DNA from: Eledone cirrhosa
Taxonomy: Eukaryota
Length of the DNA: 64,000 nt
Assembly (NCBI GenBank): GCA_964016885.1
Contig: OZ024740.1
Span: forward strand, 357,616,001-357,680,000
Reading direction: 5' to 3'
A model generated the notes under the pieces. It worked only from the letters and a program-made list of their open reading frames with translations, was not told where the DNA came from and did not search any database. The position numbers were made by a program, and so were the translations under genes. Positions within the stretch are counted from its first letter, which is position 1. Every line of letters starts with the position of its first letter. Shown here one piece after another: positions 14,441 to 27,364 of this stretch.

Positions 14441-14486
14441 CATTTTTAGTCTTTTCCAATACTACTTTCATTTTAAAACTAATTTA

Positions 14487-14675
14487 GGGCGGTGGATTGG
14501 CAGTATCGGTAGAGAGTTGGACACCATGCTTTGCAGCTTAGAGTTACGGCCCTTTACGGTCTGAGTTCAAATCCCTCGAGGTTAACTTTGCCTTTCGTCC
14601 TTACGGGGTCGATAAAATAAAGCACCAGTAACGTACTGTGGTCGATTTAAGCGTTGTGCCTATACTAGAAATCAT
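14487..14675 (+). mobile_element. SINE, same family as 16820
   Basis: gggcggtggattggcagtatcggtagag head and the same core; flanking aaaactaattt duplication. Confidence 0.85.
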
Positions 14676-16819
14676 TTAAAAACTAATTTCGCTTTCATTT
14701 TCTCCAATAATCTTTTTGCATCAACCAATAACAGAGATGATAATTCCATGAACTTACACCACTTGCCTAAAAATGTTGATCTTGTGTCTAAATCAATGGT
14801 AAGGCCAGATAGTTGGCAGAAAAGGTAGAGCATAGGATTAAATTCTTCCCCTTACTGTTACACACACAGTTCCGACTAAGATTGTATTTGTTTTACATTC
14901 ATCGAAGGCGGGTACCAGCAGCAGCATACTGTGATGAGTTCCATAACTGATTATGTTGCACAAAAGACGTTTAAGCAAGCAATCTCGGTAACGCAAAACC
15001 CTTTTATCTCTGTTAACTCTGATCGAGCAGACCTATCCCGTAGTTTTAGGGTTATCTAATGTGTCCTTTTCAATTTTTTTTTTTTTTAATGTAGTGTGTG
15101 ACTTGAGAGAAATTTGGTTGCTATTCTTAACGAGTGAAGCGAACCAGGTAGAGTTTCCTCGTTAGCTCAACATTTTCTTGCACTGCTGTAACAATTTATA
15201 GCTAGGTCATTTGACAATATTTTTTATGTTTTTAAGCACCGCTGACAGAATACTACATTAATTTCAAACAGTGACACAATACCATACTGTTCTGGCTGAA
15301 GGTTATTGTTGATTAACTCACACTAAACTTGCTATCATTGTACCTATCCCGCCTGGATGGCAAATAAAGACAAACACCCGGTTATATACACACACAGAAT
15401 ATAAAAGAACGTAACAGCGTTTTGTCAGGCTTTCTGCTACTCCTGTCACCTACCACCCTGTTTTAAATTGTTGTTGCTGTTTAGCCCCAGATCACCTTTA
15501 ACTGAGCAAACTAAGGTCAAATGTATTCCAATCATGACCAACCAGTCTTTTTAGAAGTATCTAGGACGATATTATCTATTTTGTTCTTTATTGTTGAAGG
15601 TAGTGTGGGTTGATAAGGAAATTTGGCTGCTGTTTTTAGCACGTCGAACGACCATATAGTGACTCCCTTGTTATCTCTCTTATCTCTCTTTTTGAGTAAT
15701 ATATTGAGATTGATTTAATCGAGTATAATCCACTGCTGCCAACATTGGACTTACGCCAGAAGAAAGGTATTGCATAGCGATGTATTGACAAAAATGTGTG
15801 TTAAGTTACGGCCCTTTATATTCCAATCTCAATGATGTTGACTTTGTCTTTTATCCTTCTAAAGTACTTGTCAATTTCTAACATTGATATAATATTCCTA
15901 TTAAGTATGTTTCCTACTCTATGATAATTACTTAAACCTTTCGTTACCATATTTCTGTAAAAGACACTGTCAATGATGGAGTATACTATATAAATTGCCA
16001 TGTCTTCAGTGAAATGAGCGAACCCTGCATTGAAGTTGGATATACGCTAGAAATTATAACAGAGTAGCATGTCACTAGAACTGGAGGAGGATGGTTGTAA
16101 TTTGGGTCAGCACTATGGAATGGACTTCCGTCGTTTTCGACGATTAATGTTCCAGTTGTTCGATCAACTGAACAGCCTGCTCATGAAATTAACGTTTAAG
16201 TGATTGAGCATTCTGTAGACACGTGTACCCTTAAAAAAGATTCGACCTGGTGCAGTGTGTTGTGCCCTTTGAATTACAGGTACATTCTTACTGACGAGGT
16301 TCCAAACAGTTTTTGTCAACTCAATTTGACATACAAGGCTATGGTAAATTACATTTGCCGTACATCTCACGTAATGGGATTGAACTCAGGACTTAATGAT
16401 TGTGTAATGAACTCCTTATCCATTCGGCTATAGTGCGTCCACCATAAACGTGAGAAATCAGTAACAAAGGAATTTTTTACATTTATCCGAATAACAATTG
16501 ACTTATTTCAGACCTGTCTCCCCACCACTTTGAGATGGTGGGAGATATCTTCTCATGGGTACAGCTTTCATTATGTAAAATCTCCCCCATTTTGCCTCAT
16601 CTCTCCACGTTTTGGGGGGTTTTTCATGGTACTCCCCGTTTGGGTTTTTAGAGATTGGCAGGTCTGTTATCTCTTAACATGAAGATATCTTACAACCTTT
16701 CTGACTTATATAATTCTGTGGGGAAAAACATCTTATAATTATATTTGTGTATGAATGTGTGTAGGAACAATAACATAATTATTGTTAGAGGTAGAAGTAT
16801 ATGCTAGTATTTTAATATA

Positions 16820-17004
16820 GGGCGGTGGATTGGCAGTATCGGTAGAGGGTCGGACGCCATGCTTTCAAGCATAGTTACGTCCCTTTACGATCTGAGTTCA
16901 AATCCCGCCGAGGTTGACTTTGCCTTTCATCCTTACGGGGTCGATAAAATAAAGTACCAGTAATGCACTGGGTAATTGCTGGCCTTGTGCCTAAAGTAGA
17001 AACA
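16820..17004 (+). mobile_element. tRNA-derived SINE (Meta-like core), young copy of a high-copy family
   Basis: A/B-box-like head, core gcctttcatccttacggggtcgataaaataaagtaccag, 14-bp TSD AGTATTTTAATATA. Relatives near 8346(+), 13925(-), 14487(+), 17500(-), 17740(-), 21313(+), 24175(+), 35514(-), 38552(+), 39610(+) and 48215(-). Confidence 0.9.
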
Positions 17005-17869
17005 AGTATTTTAATATATGTCTGTATAGGTCGTGACAGGACCAACAGCCAAAACTAAACATGTATTTATGTGTTTGTGAGTATACGTATCTCTCTTAAA
17101 TACATACATAAAGAGAAACAGAGGAAGAGAGAAGTATACATACATACATGTATGTGTATATATACTTGCTAGCAGAGAAAACGGATGTTAAATGATAATG
17201 GTGTGTGTATTTGTGGATGTCTGTTATGTGTAACCGTATACAGGGAACCAAAAATAATTTACTGTTTATAATAAATGTGAATAAATGTGAATAAAAGTGA
17301 AATCGCAATGCTATTTATCTTTATTCCACAAGTAATACAAAGACAATTCAAGTAAAGTTTATATAGGTAGGTTCATTGAATGTATGAAATGCTGCCTGTT
17401 TGCAAGCTCGCTATTATTATGTTTCTTTGTTACCAATAAGCTAACTATGACCCACCCTGTGCATACAAATATTATCAACCTAATGTATAGAGTTAATATT
17501 AGCTTCTGATTTAGGTACAAAGCCAACATTCTTTTTTTTTTTGGGGGGGGGGGGATAAAACCGACCCCAGTGCGTTGCTATGTTATATTTTAACGACCCT
17601 GTAAGGACAAAAGGCAAAGCTAGCCTCGACGAGATTTGAACTCAGAACGTAAAGTGTCGTAACTATGTCGCAAAGCATGTTAACCGACGCCCTACCGATT
17701 CTGCCAGTCCACTTCCCTGTATAGAGTTAATATTACTTTCTAGCATTGGCACTAGGCCAGCAATTTTGAGAAAAAGGAGAAAGTCGATTATATCGACCCA
17801 GTACTTGCCTGGTACTTTATTTTATCAACCTTGGAATGATGAAAGGCAAAGTTGATTTGGACTCAAAAT

Positions 17870-19576
17870 CAGTGGCGGCTCGTGGCTAAAATTAGTGGGC
17901 GGGGGGGGGGGGGGGGGGCTTCAGAAATGTTTAGCCATTGTTTTAATGTTGTGTAAAACGAAACAAACATAAAATGTAAATTTATACATAAACTTGATAA
18001 AATCCTAAACGAAAAAAATGTTTTGCCTACTAATTTTTACAGTTCAAGCTTGATCTATTCATTTAAAAATGAAATCCATTCTTCTCGTTTTACTTTGAGC
18101 GAAAAGGTTAATAATTTTCTCCTTGATCCCTGGACGACTGTTGAGGAAATTTTTCTCCACTGAAAGCACTGCAAGTGCATTTAGTCTTTCAGAATTCATA
18201 GTGCTCCTTAGAAAAGTTTTTATTCTTTTCAGTGTTGAAAAGAAGCATTCTAACCCTGATGTAGTCATGGGAATTGTCGAGAGGATTTTTTATCAGTTTC
18301 GTAATTTCACTAAGAACACCATCTAGATTATTTTCCAAAATAAATTTCAGCAGCTCAATTAATTTGCAATATTCATGCATATCGGATCTATAATGGAATA
18401 CTTTTAGTTTAGTTTCAAGCTTTTATTTGTCAATCATGGGATATGCTTCAGTGGTCAGTTCATTCTTAAAACTAGTGAAGCTTTTCTTGTTGAAACATTT
18501 TGCAGCTACTAAGTAGTTAATGGAAGAATATCTGTCCTTTATATCAACACATATGCAGTCACACACTTCCTTTGCTTCTACCATGAGCGTCTTTGAGTTC
18601 CTTATTTCTAAAATAGCAGTTTTGAAATCTGTTAAATATTCATTGACTTTAGACACACTAATTTCTCGAGATTGCATTTGGTTGTAAATTAGTTCATCAT
18701 GGGGTATAAAATGATAAGAAAGCTCTAATCAAAATAAGAAATTATCACCATTCGGGTATTTAAAAATTCCTGTTGCTTCTGTATTTGATGTTGACAGAAT
18801 TTCAGGTTGCAAATTTTCATGAACTCTGTTCACGGTCGGTATGCTAAAGTTCCACCTTGTAGAGGATAGACGTGGAATGCTGACGTCAATATGCTTCTTG
18901 AAGATGGATACACGTTGTGGTGATCTTGAGAAGAATGTTGGAATAGCCAAAATGTTAGAGAAAAATTTTCTTGCGTTCCGTGTAATACTTACTGCATAAA
19001 ATTTCACGGTTCCTTTTAACCTTAATGTTATGCTCATTGATTGAAAGTCTGTATGCTTCACTAAATTCTTCCTTAATATTTACATTTCCTAAAAGTGACA
19101 GTGAAACCATATTTGACTTCTCATGTTTTTCAATTTTTTCTTTCATTTTGTTTATATTTCTAAAACCATTTTTTGTCCACGTAACATCACCTCCAAACAG
19201 CAAACACGGGAAGCAAAACAATGCATTTTAAGCTCAACGGACGCTGAGTCAAAAATAAACAATACCTTACACTCGGACAACCTGGTCGGCACTGCGTGAG
19301 TGACAACGCTCTCTCTAACCAGCGTTCAGTTTCTTTCCTCGGACATATGCGCATGCGCACAACAGCTAAACACTGCATCGCTGGAACTGTGAAATACACA
19401 GTTCCATACAAGGATTTTTGTAATTTTTCGTGAACGAGGGGTTGGGTACTGACATTAAGCTTAAGAATTATATAATGTACGAGTATAAAGAAAGAATTAA
19501 AGAAATGTTATCGATAATATCGAGTGAAAATAGGGGTTGCCGCAGTTCCGCCGAGCCTATACACAAGCCGCCACTG
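17870..19576 (-). mobile_element. Degraded, internally deleted hAT transposon (ZMYM1-like transposase)
   Basis: TIRs CAGTGGCGGCTCGTG / CACAAGCCGCCACTG (14/15 match). Fragments FCFPCLLFG..W...GF, STRWN, FSTLKRIKTFLRSTM..ERL..LA.LS.E. TSD degenerate (ctcaaaat/ctcagatc). Confidence 0.9.
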
Positions 19577-20661
19577 CTCAGATCACAAAGAGTTGTCAGT
19601 AAATTTTGTAAAGTATTTTATAAAGTTAATAATAAAAGAAATACAAATTTGAGAATTTACAGCCTCGTTACCCGAGTTTCGTGTTACCACTTAAAAAGTG
19701 TAGAATTACTTTTAACCATTATTATTATTATTATTAGGTCAGCTTTACCTTTTAAGCTTCTAGGATCGATAAAATGAAGTACTGGTCAAATAGTAGGGTT
19801 GGTATAATCGACTTTCCCCTCCCAACAAATTGCTGGTCTTATACCTTATTTAGACATCATTATTTGGCTGATGAGGGTCGCACCAAGGTCAGCTTTGCCT
19901 TTCGTCCTTCTGGGGTTAATAAAATAATGTACCAGTGAAATACTTGGGTCAATTTACTCGACGTACTCCTTTCTACCATATCGCTGGCCTTATGCCTAAA
20001 TTAAAAAGTGTTGTTATTTGGCTTATATAGTTGATGTTTAGGGTGTTCAACTCATTATGGTAGAGTTGTGAATTTGATTCCCAGACAGTGACATATCGTG
20101 TCTTTGGGCAAGACACTTTATTTCCTGTTGCTCCAGTCCACCCATCTAGTAAAATCAGTTGCAATGACACTGGTACCAAAACTGCATTAGCCTTTGACTT
20201 TCGCAACGTTGGTGACATGGGTAGCCTGCAAAAGTGACTGCTGGTCTTATACGAAACACCTAGATCGTGCTAATGCCCTAGAGAGGAATCTTCCAGGTGC
20301 AAACTCATGGTCAGTCATAACTGAAGGGGTCCTCTGTAATAATAGAATTACAAGTTATTAATTAATTAAAATATCCAACAATGTTTACTTTGGCTCTTTG
20401 AGTTCTGAGCTCAAATCCTGCTTTTCAGCCTTTCCAGGGTCAATAAAATGAAGTAAAGAACTAATCGATTTAATAGACTCCTCCCCTACTAAAATAGAAA
20501 ATTGCAGGCCTTGTGCCAATATCAGAAAACATTATATACACACGAGCACACAGATACACATACGCGTGTGTATCATCATGATTATCATGATTTAACATCT
20601 ACTTTACCTGCAAGCAAATATATATAAAACACTTATATAAAACACACAAACACAATACACT

Positions 20662-20726
<65 letters not shown>

Positions 20727-21209
20727 ATATATATGTGTGTGTGTGTGTGTATGAAAGAGTCTTTCATATTACCACACTCTACTGCCTCAAGTATTGAGTA
20801 CTCAGGTGAATAATGATCTAACAGATTTTTACTGCATCCATTTTAATATATATATATATATACATATATACAAAAATTCATATGTGTGTGTGTGATGTAT
20901 ATGTAGGCATATGTATGTGGGCGTGTGTGATAAATCATTTCGAAAGAACAATGATTTTTATAGATTGATGTGAAAATTGAAATGGCCAATAATAATTCTA
21001 AGGTGGAGTTTCAAAATATTACACCATAATTTTTGGTATCCCATTGGTATCCCATTGAAATGTACCATCCAGTGCCCTCCCACTTCCTTAGCAATGGGCC
21101 TGGTTGTGAGTACAATACCATTTTACTCTAATGTTTGAAATAACTGTTTACTTACTTTGTATTTATTGTAAATATTGTTTCTTTCTTTTTTACTCTTTTA
21201 TCAACTCAG

Positions 21210-21288
21210 GAAATTGTGAAAAAAGGAACGCAACCTTTCTTTATTCAAAAAGAAATGGATTATAAGGATCTTGACCAAGGTGTACTCC
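21210..21288 (+). CDS. Calpain exon: EIVKKGTQPFFIQKEMDYKDLDQGVL(P)
   Basis: Polypyrimidine tract, tcag| acceptor and C|gtgagt donor. Phase 0 to 1. Carries the D-x-x-QG motif that precedes the catalytic Cys. Confidence 0.9.
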
Positions 21289-24200
21289 GTGAGTTTATTA
21301 TTTCATATTATTGAATTGGCAGTATCGGTAGAGTGTCAGACACCATGCTTTACAAGCATAGAGTTATGGCCCTTTGCGTTCTGAGTTCAAATCCTGCCGA
21401 GGTTAGCTTTGCTTTTCATCCTTACGAGGCTCAATAAGATAAAGCACCAGTAATGCACTGGAGTAATTGCTGGCCTTGTGCCAAAAGTAGAAACAATTAT
21501 TTCATTTCAGAAAATGTATAAATTCCTATTTCCTCTTTCACCTCAGTCAATAAAACTGATAATCTACAAATGTATATTCCTAATCAATGGATACAGTATT
21601 GCCTACTGGTTAAGGAGTTCATTTTACAATCATTAAGTCTCAAGTGCGATCCTACTGTGGGGTATAATGAGCAAGTGTCATTCACCATAACCTTGTGAGT
21701 GAAATTAAATAGACAGAATCCCTTTAGAAGCCTGTCGGATGGACTGTCACCCTGTGTGTCACACTGAATCTTCCTGAGAATTACATTAAAGTTTCATGTA
21801 TCTGTGGAATGCTCAGCCATTTACACATTAACTTCATGAGCAGGCCATTCCAATGATGAAACACATGGAACACTCATTGTCAATACTGACAGAGGCCTAT
21901 TCCATTCCTAATCCGTAAATATTAGAATAAGTCAGGACTCGAGTCACATAAATGAATTGATTAATATTCTTCATTTTGCTCAAGTCCATAACACATTGAG
22001 TCTAATGAATCTGTTGAAGACATTGTTGTCAAATAACATCAAGTTATCTTTTGGCAAGATGTATATACATGAAAAATGATATTCTGCTCAACAAGTTAAA
22101 TATTGTTTATTGTGCTGAAAATTACCATGCATAATGTCCATTACAATTTAATACATAAATAACTTCACCAATTATCCAAGGATTGGTGCACATACAGCTT
22201 ATAGAAATTTCATTCTGCTTTGTCCTATTATAATCAACATCTGATTTTACATTTAACTACAAATTTCCTGTAGTTCAAAATGTTTTAACAACCAATATAG
22301 GTCATCATCATCATCAACTGTTTTCCTGACTAGTAAACGTTGAGCAGATTATCACAGACAAAGTCACTACTTAATCAGAGCCCTCAACCTCTCAGACTGG
22401 TTGTAGGCTGCATCTCACTGCTACTCTACAGAGTGCACCAGAACAAGGGAAATTGTTATAAATTTGACACAACCAAAATCTTTTCTATCCTTTGTTTGGC
22501 AGTTTTTCTGAATACCTTTCCTATTACCAGCCACTTTACAGAGTGTACTGGGCGTTCTTTTCATTGGTATAAATTATTAAGACATGGTCACTTGACAGCT
22601 CTAAACCATTCAATCATAGAAAATAGACATTAAACAGTGATGATGATAGCAACCTTTTCCATTTTTCTTGTATTAAAGGGGTTCCTCTAAGAATACACAT
22701 ACTAGATTTTTAAAAAATGAATAACTTTTTTGAGGTGATATTAGAAGCAAGGTCATAATTGAACACAAAACATGGTTTTAAACAAATTTTCAAATGAACA
22801 AGCCAGTTATAACTTCTATGGTGTTATGTACAAGCTCTTCAATATAGCAGTTATATCTCTCTCCCCAAACACCTTTACAATCTTGTAAAGAAGGTCACAT
22901 TTTTAAAGTCCTAAATCTCTAGATCAGCCTGACCTCTGATACAAGGGGGGGTTAATGTTAAAAACAATTATCCACTTGCTTTTGTCCCACAGGTTTGCTC
23001 AAATAGAACTAACTGAAACTAGCCAACAATGAGAGCAACAAAACTGATTACAATGACTTCTCATTGCAATGAAAACCTGTTATGACAATGTGAATATAAA
23101 TCAGGACCTGTGCAGTCAGTAATGTCAATTAATGCATTTGGATCATACAAAGATTTTAAATTTGGTATTTTTTCAGTGGCCTTTTTTTAGTGCCAATTCA
23201 TACATTTCTGTATCAATCATACTTTTTATGTAGCAGTAGTGACCATTATTCTTTGTTGTTATCCACCCCAAGTTCAACTCTTAACCCTTTCATTACTGCA
23301 TTTTAAATGAAATATACTGTATTTGAATAAATTAATTGAGAATTTGGAGAGACTTACTAAAGTTATTTCATTAAAATGATGATACAACAAAAAGTGCCCA
23401 TCCCACACTGTAAAGTGGTCATGATGCTGACACAGCAAAAAGCACCCAGTCCACACTGTGAAGTGATCGTGTAGGCATCAGGACAAAAAGCACACAGTCC
23501 ACACTGTAAAGTGGTCATGTAGGTGAAATAATAAAAAGCACATTACCTAATGTGCCCTTTCTGTAAAAATGTTGGATATGATTTGAAGGAGATTTAACAG
23601 TTGTTTCTAGCAGGTTGAGTAACCAGTGTCATGATGTTTTGTTTAATAGTATGTTGTAGTATGATGTGTTGTTTAGTATGCTGTGATGGTGGTGTGAGAT
23701 AATATGGTAGTGGGAATGATGTGATGTGATATGGTGTGGTGTGTTGTGGTGGTGTATATAGTTGGTGGTAGTATGGTGTATATTGCTTGTTATTGCTTGA
23801 CTTTTGTTCCCTCCATGACCTGTCTTTCCCCTTTTCTGACATAATACATCTGGCACAGCACTGTTCAATGTATCCATCCTTTTTCCAAAATGGTAGGGTA
23901 TAAGTTTAGGAAACTTGGCTGTTATTTATAGCATTTTTAGTGATCAGGAAAAGGTCATTAGTTGTTGCTTAACCTCAGGTCATCTTTGATTGAGGAGACC
24001 TCTGAATAAACAGCATACAAGCATTGGACATTCCACCTTTTTAGGGATATATTATCCCATAAAACATTTTCTAATAAGACAGTAGGATGCAATTTTAGAA
24101 AATTTGGTTTCTATTTCTAGAATATGAAGTATCTACATGGAAGCTCTCTCTTGTTCGCTTGTAATTATTATTTGTTAGTTATGTCCCTTTATGATCTGAG

Positions 24201-26142
24201 TTCAAATCCCGCCGAGGTTAACTTTGCCTTTCATCCATACGGGGTCGATAAAATAAAGTACCAGTAATGTACTGGGTAATTGCTGACCTTGTGCCAAAAG
24301 TAGAAACAATTATTTGTTAACTATGAAGGCTGGGAATCTGGCAGAAATGCTGAGTGTAACACAGTTTTTGATTGTGTTGCTCTAAATACTATTTCATATG
24401 ATTCCAATATAAAGTTTATCTATCTCGTATCACATTCTCCAGATTGATAAGAAACAAGCACATCTTATATTGGTATTAAATGTATTGTATTCTCTTCCTA
24501 CAAAATTTGTCATGCAATGGAATGCTTATAAAATTCTTTGCTCTAGTCCAGTGAACATCTGGCAAGTATTTCTAGCCTACTGAGAGTTAAAGGAGTGTGA
24601 AACTATTGATAGCCTAATTTCTGATCACTTTTTATTGCTAGCTTGGCTTTTACCTCTTAAGACATTCTTCATATAAAAATGCTATAACTATACTGAGAAA
24701 GTACATTACATAATCTTAGCATGAAATTGAAATATTTTTAAAGGTGTGTTTTAATATGAATGTAAATATAGGCATTTTTACAAAATGTGAAGTATCATCA
24801 ATCAATAATGCATAGTTACATGATAAACTGTACAAGATAAAGCTAAAACTTCTATAGTAAAACCATATTTAATTGCCTTCTTTTGTAAGAAAAACCCTAG
24901 CATATATTTTAAAAAAGGGTCTATCCTTTTATAATATGATAAAGTTGATTTCATATTAGAGACACTGTAGACGATTTAACCCTTTTATTACCATATCTAT
25001 AAGATACATTGTATTTGAATTAATTAATTAAGAATTTGAAGGGATTTACTAAAATTGTTGATTATTTCATTATTATAATAATAGTATTTGTAATATAATT
25101 TAACAAAAGGTTCTTATATCAAATTGTGTTGGAAGATTTGTATTTAAATAGAAATCTTTAAAAAAGAGACAGCTTTGGTCAGGTTGGTATTAAAAGGATT
25201 AATAGACATCAATACATTTATCAACTCTGCAGAGATGAATGCTGAAGCTGACTTTGGTGGGACGATACTCTATTATTTCTGCCAGCTCATTTTAAAAGGA
25301 CTAAATGGAAGCACTTGACTTGTTGAGTATATAATATTCGTAGTCTATCTTCTGGGTGTTAAAAGAAACTTATTTGTTATAGCAATATATGGATATATTT
25401 TGAAAGAGTCAATATGTAATATTTAAATACGTACATGTATAGTAATGAGTATCCATTTTTTATCTCTTTATGATTATCGGAATATTTTGTCATACTCCAA
25501 TAACCTATTATGCCTTCTTGCATGTCTGCATTTGATTATATTCAAATAATGTTAAAATGAGATAGACAGAATGAATGAATAAATAAAATAAATAATGGAG
25601 TTAGTTAATATAATGACTACAGTGAGATCATCATCCTCTTCATAATTGCTACAATTTAATGTCTATTTTCCATACTTGTAGGTGACCATTTCTTGCTCAT
25701 AGGTTTCATTTTTGGTTAAGGTTTCTAGAACTGGACGTCCTTCCTAATACCAAATACTTTATAGTATGTACTGGAAACCTTTTTCACGGCACCAGCATGA
25801 CCACCATACAGGATGGACTGGCTGCTTTTTGTCATGGCACCAGTACAACCACCTTACATGATGGACTATTTGCTTTTAGTTGGGGCACCAGCACGACCTA
25901 AAAATAAATAAATAGAATAAAATGATAAATGAATGAATAAAAATTAATAAGTAAATGAAATAACCACAGTGAGTTATGAAATACTGGGTTCTTATATGGA
26001 TTAAATTTAGGGCTTGATTCCTGGGGGTGTGTGTTGTTAAAATAGTGTAAAATGCTCAAAATGCATGGTTGGGAGGCAGTAGGAGCCATTTCTGATGTGT
26101 GTTTGAAGTAATGGCTGGAGTGTACAGTGGCCATTGAATTAA

Positions 26143-27301
26143 TCTATATACATAAATGGCAATTTCTGTCTGTTTGTATGTTTGTTTGTTTGTGAACCTA
26201 AGACTCAAAAACTACCAAACCGATCTTGATGAAACTTGACACGTGTGTGGGGCTCATACCCATTTGATTTGTTATGTATATTTCATGTTAATCAAAGGGT
26301 TCGCCAGGGCCATAAACCCCCGCTGAAAATGTTTTTCCTTCGATTTATATGAAATTTAAACCATAGGTAAATGACAAGATATGATGCCTATTCACAAAAC
26401 TTCAGCAAATTTCAATAATATTAAGACACCCTAATGGGGGTTAAACCCCATATAGTGAAAATTTTGGCCAATAAATGGAACAAGATTTCACGAACTCCTC
26501 CAATGGTTTTGGAGATAGACCTCCATAAACATATATATTCTGAAACTACTTTGCCCAGGGTACTTGGATAAGTATATTTCATTTTAATCAAAGGGTTCCC
26601 CAGGGGCACAAAACCCCTGCTGAAAAGCCTCGCTGAAAATGTTTTCCCTTCGATTTATATGAAATTTAAACCATAGGTAAATGACAAGATATGATGCCTA
26701 TTCACAAAAGTTTTGAATTGATATTTTTAAAAAAATTATTTACAAGAAACAAAATAAGAATAAGTTTTAATAATGTAATTTTGATTTGATATACCTATGG
26801 AGGCACATGGCTTAGTGGTTAGAGCAATGGCCTTGCAATCGAAAGGTTGTGAGTTCAATTCTCAGACCGGGTGATGTGTTGTTTCCTTGAGCAAGACACT
26901 TTATTTCACATTGCTCCAGTTTACTCAGCTGTAGAAATGAGATGATAGGGACTGGGGTCCCTATCATTCCACATAGTGGTCGTGTAGGTGCCACGGCAAA
27001 AACCACCCAGCACTCACTGTAAATGAGGTTGGTGTTAGGAAGGGCATCCAGCTGTAGAAATCAGGCCAGAATCAGTTCCCGTCTCACCCTTGCTAGCAGG
27101 GAAAAAGCGAACGTAAAATGAAATGATGAAATGAATGATACCTACAAAAAATGTTTTCCAATTTTTCATGCATTACATTTTACATTGAGTAATATTGAAA
27201 TGCAGAGTTTTTCTCCATAAATTATATCATTGATTTAAAATCAATCATCATTTTCTTACAAAAAAAATGTGTGAAATGCAAGGCGAGGGTAATTCGGCTA
27301 G
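26143..27301 (+). mobile_element. Non-autonomous Helitron, copy 2, with internal duplication and nested SINE
   Basis: a|TCTATATA ... GGCTAG|t; internal repeat ~26270-26400 vs ~26570-26710. Confidence 0.75.
26798..27138 (+). mobile_element. tRNA-derived SINE (V-domain-like) with RTE-derived 3' tail
   Basis: tggcttagtggttagagc A box, gagttcaattc B box, tccttgagcaagacacttta core. Tail matches the RTE 3' UTR at ~59850-60045. Confidence 0.85.
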
Positions 27302-27364
27302 TTATTGTAAAAACAAACTATTCAAATTAAAAATTTCTTGTATCAATTACAATAATACTGTAAT

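Noticed and set aside
26798-26870. tRNA-like sequences here and at other SINE heads
   Set aside because: They continue into SINE bodies and lack a complete cloverleaf; not tRNA genes.
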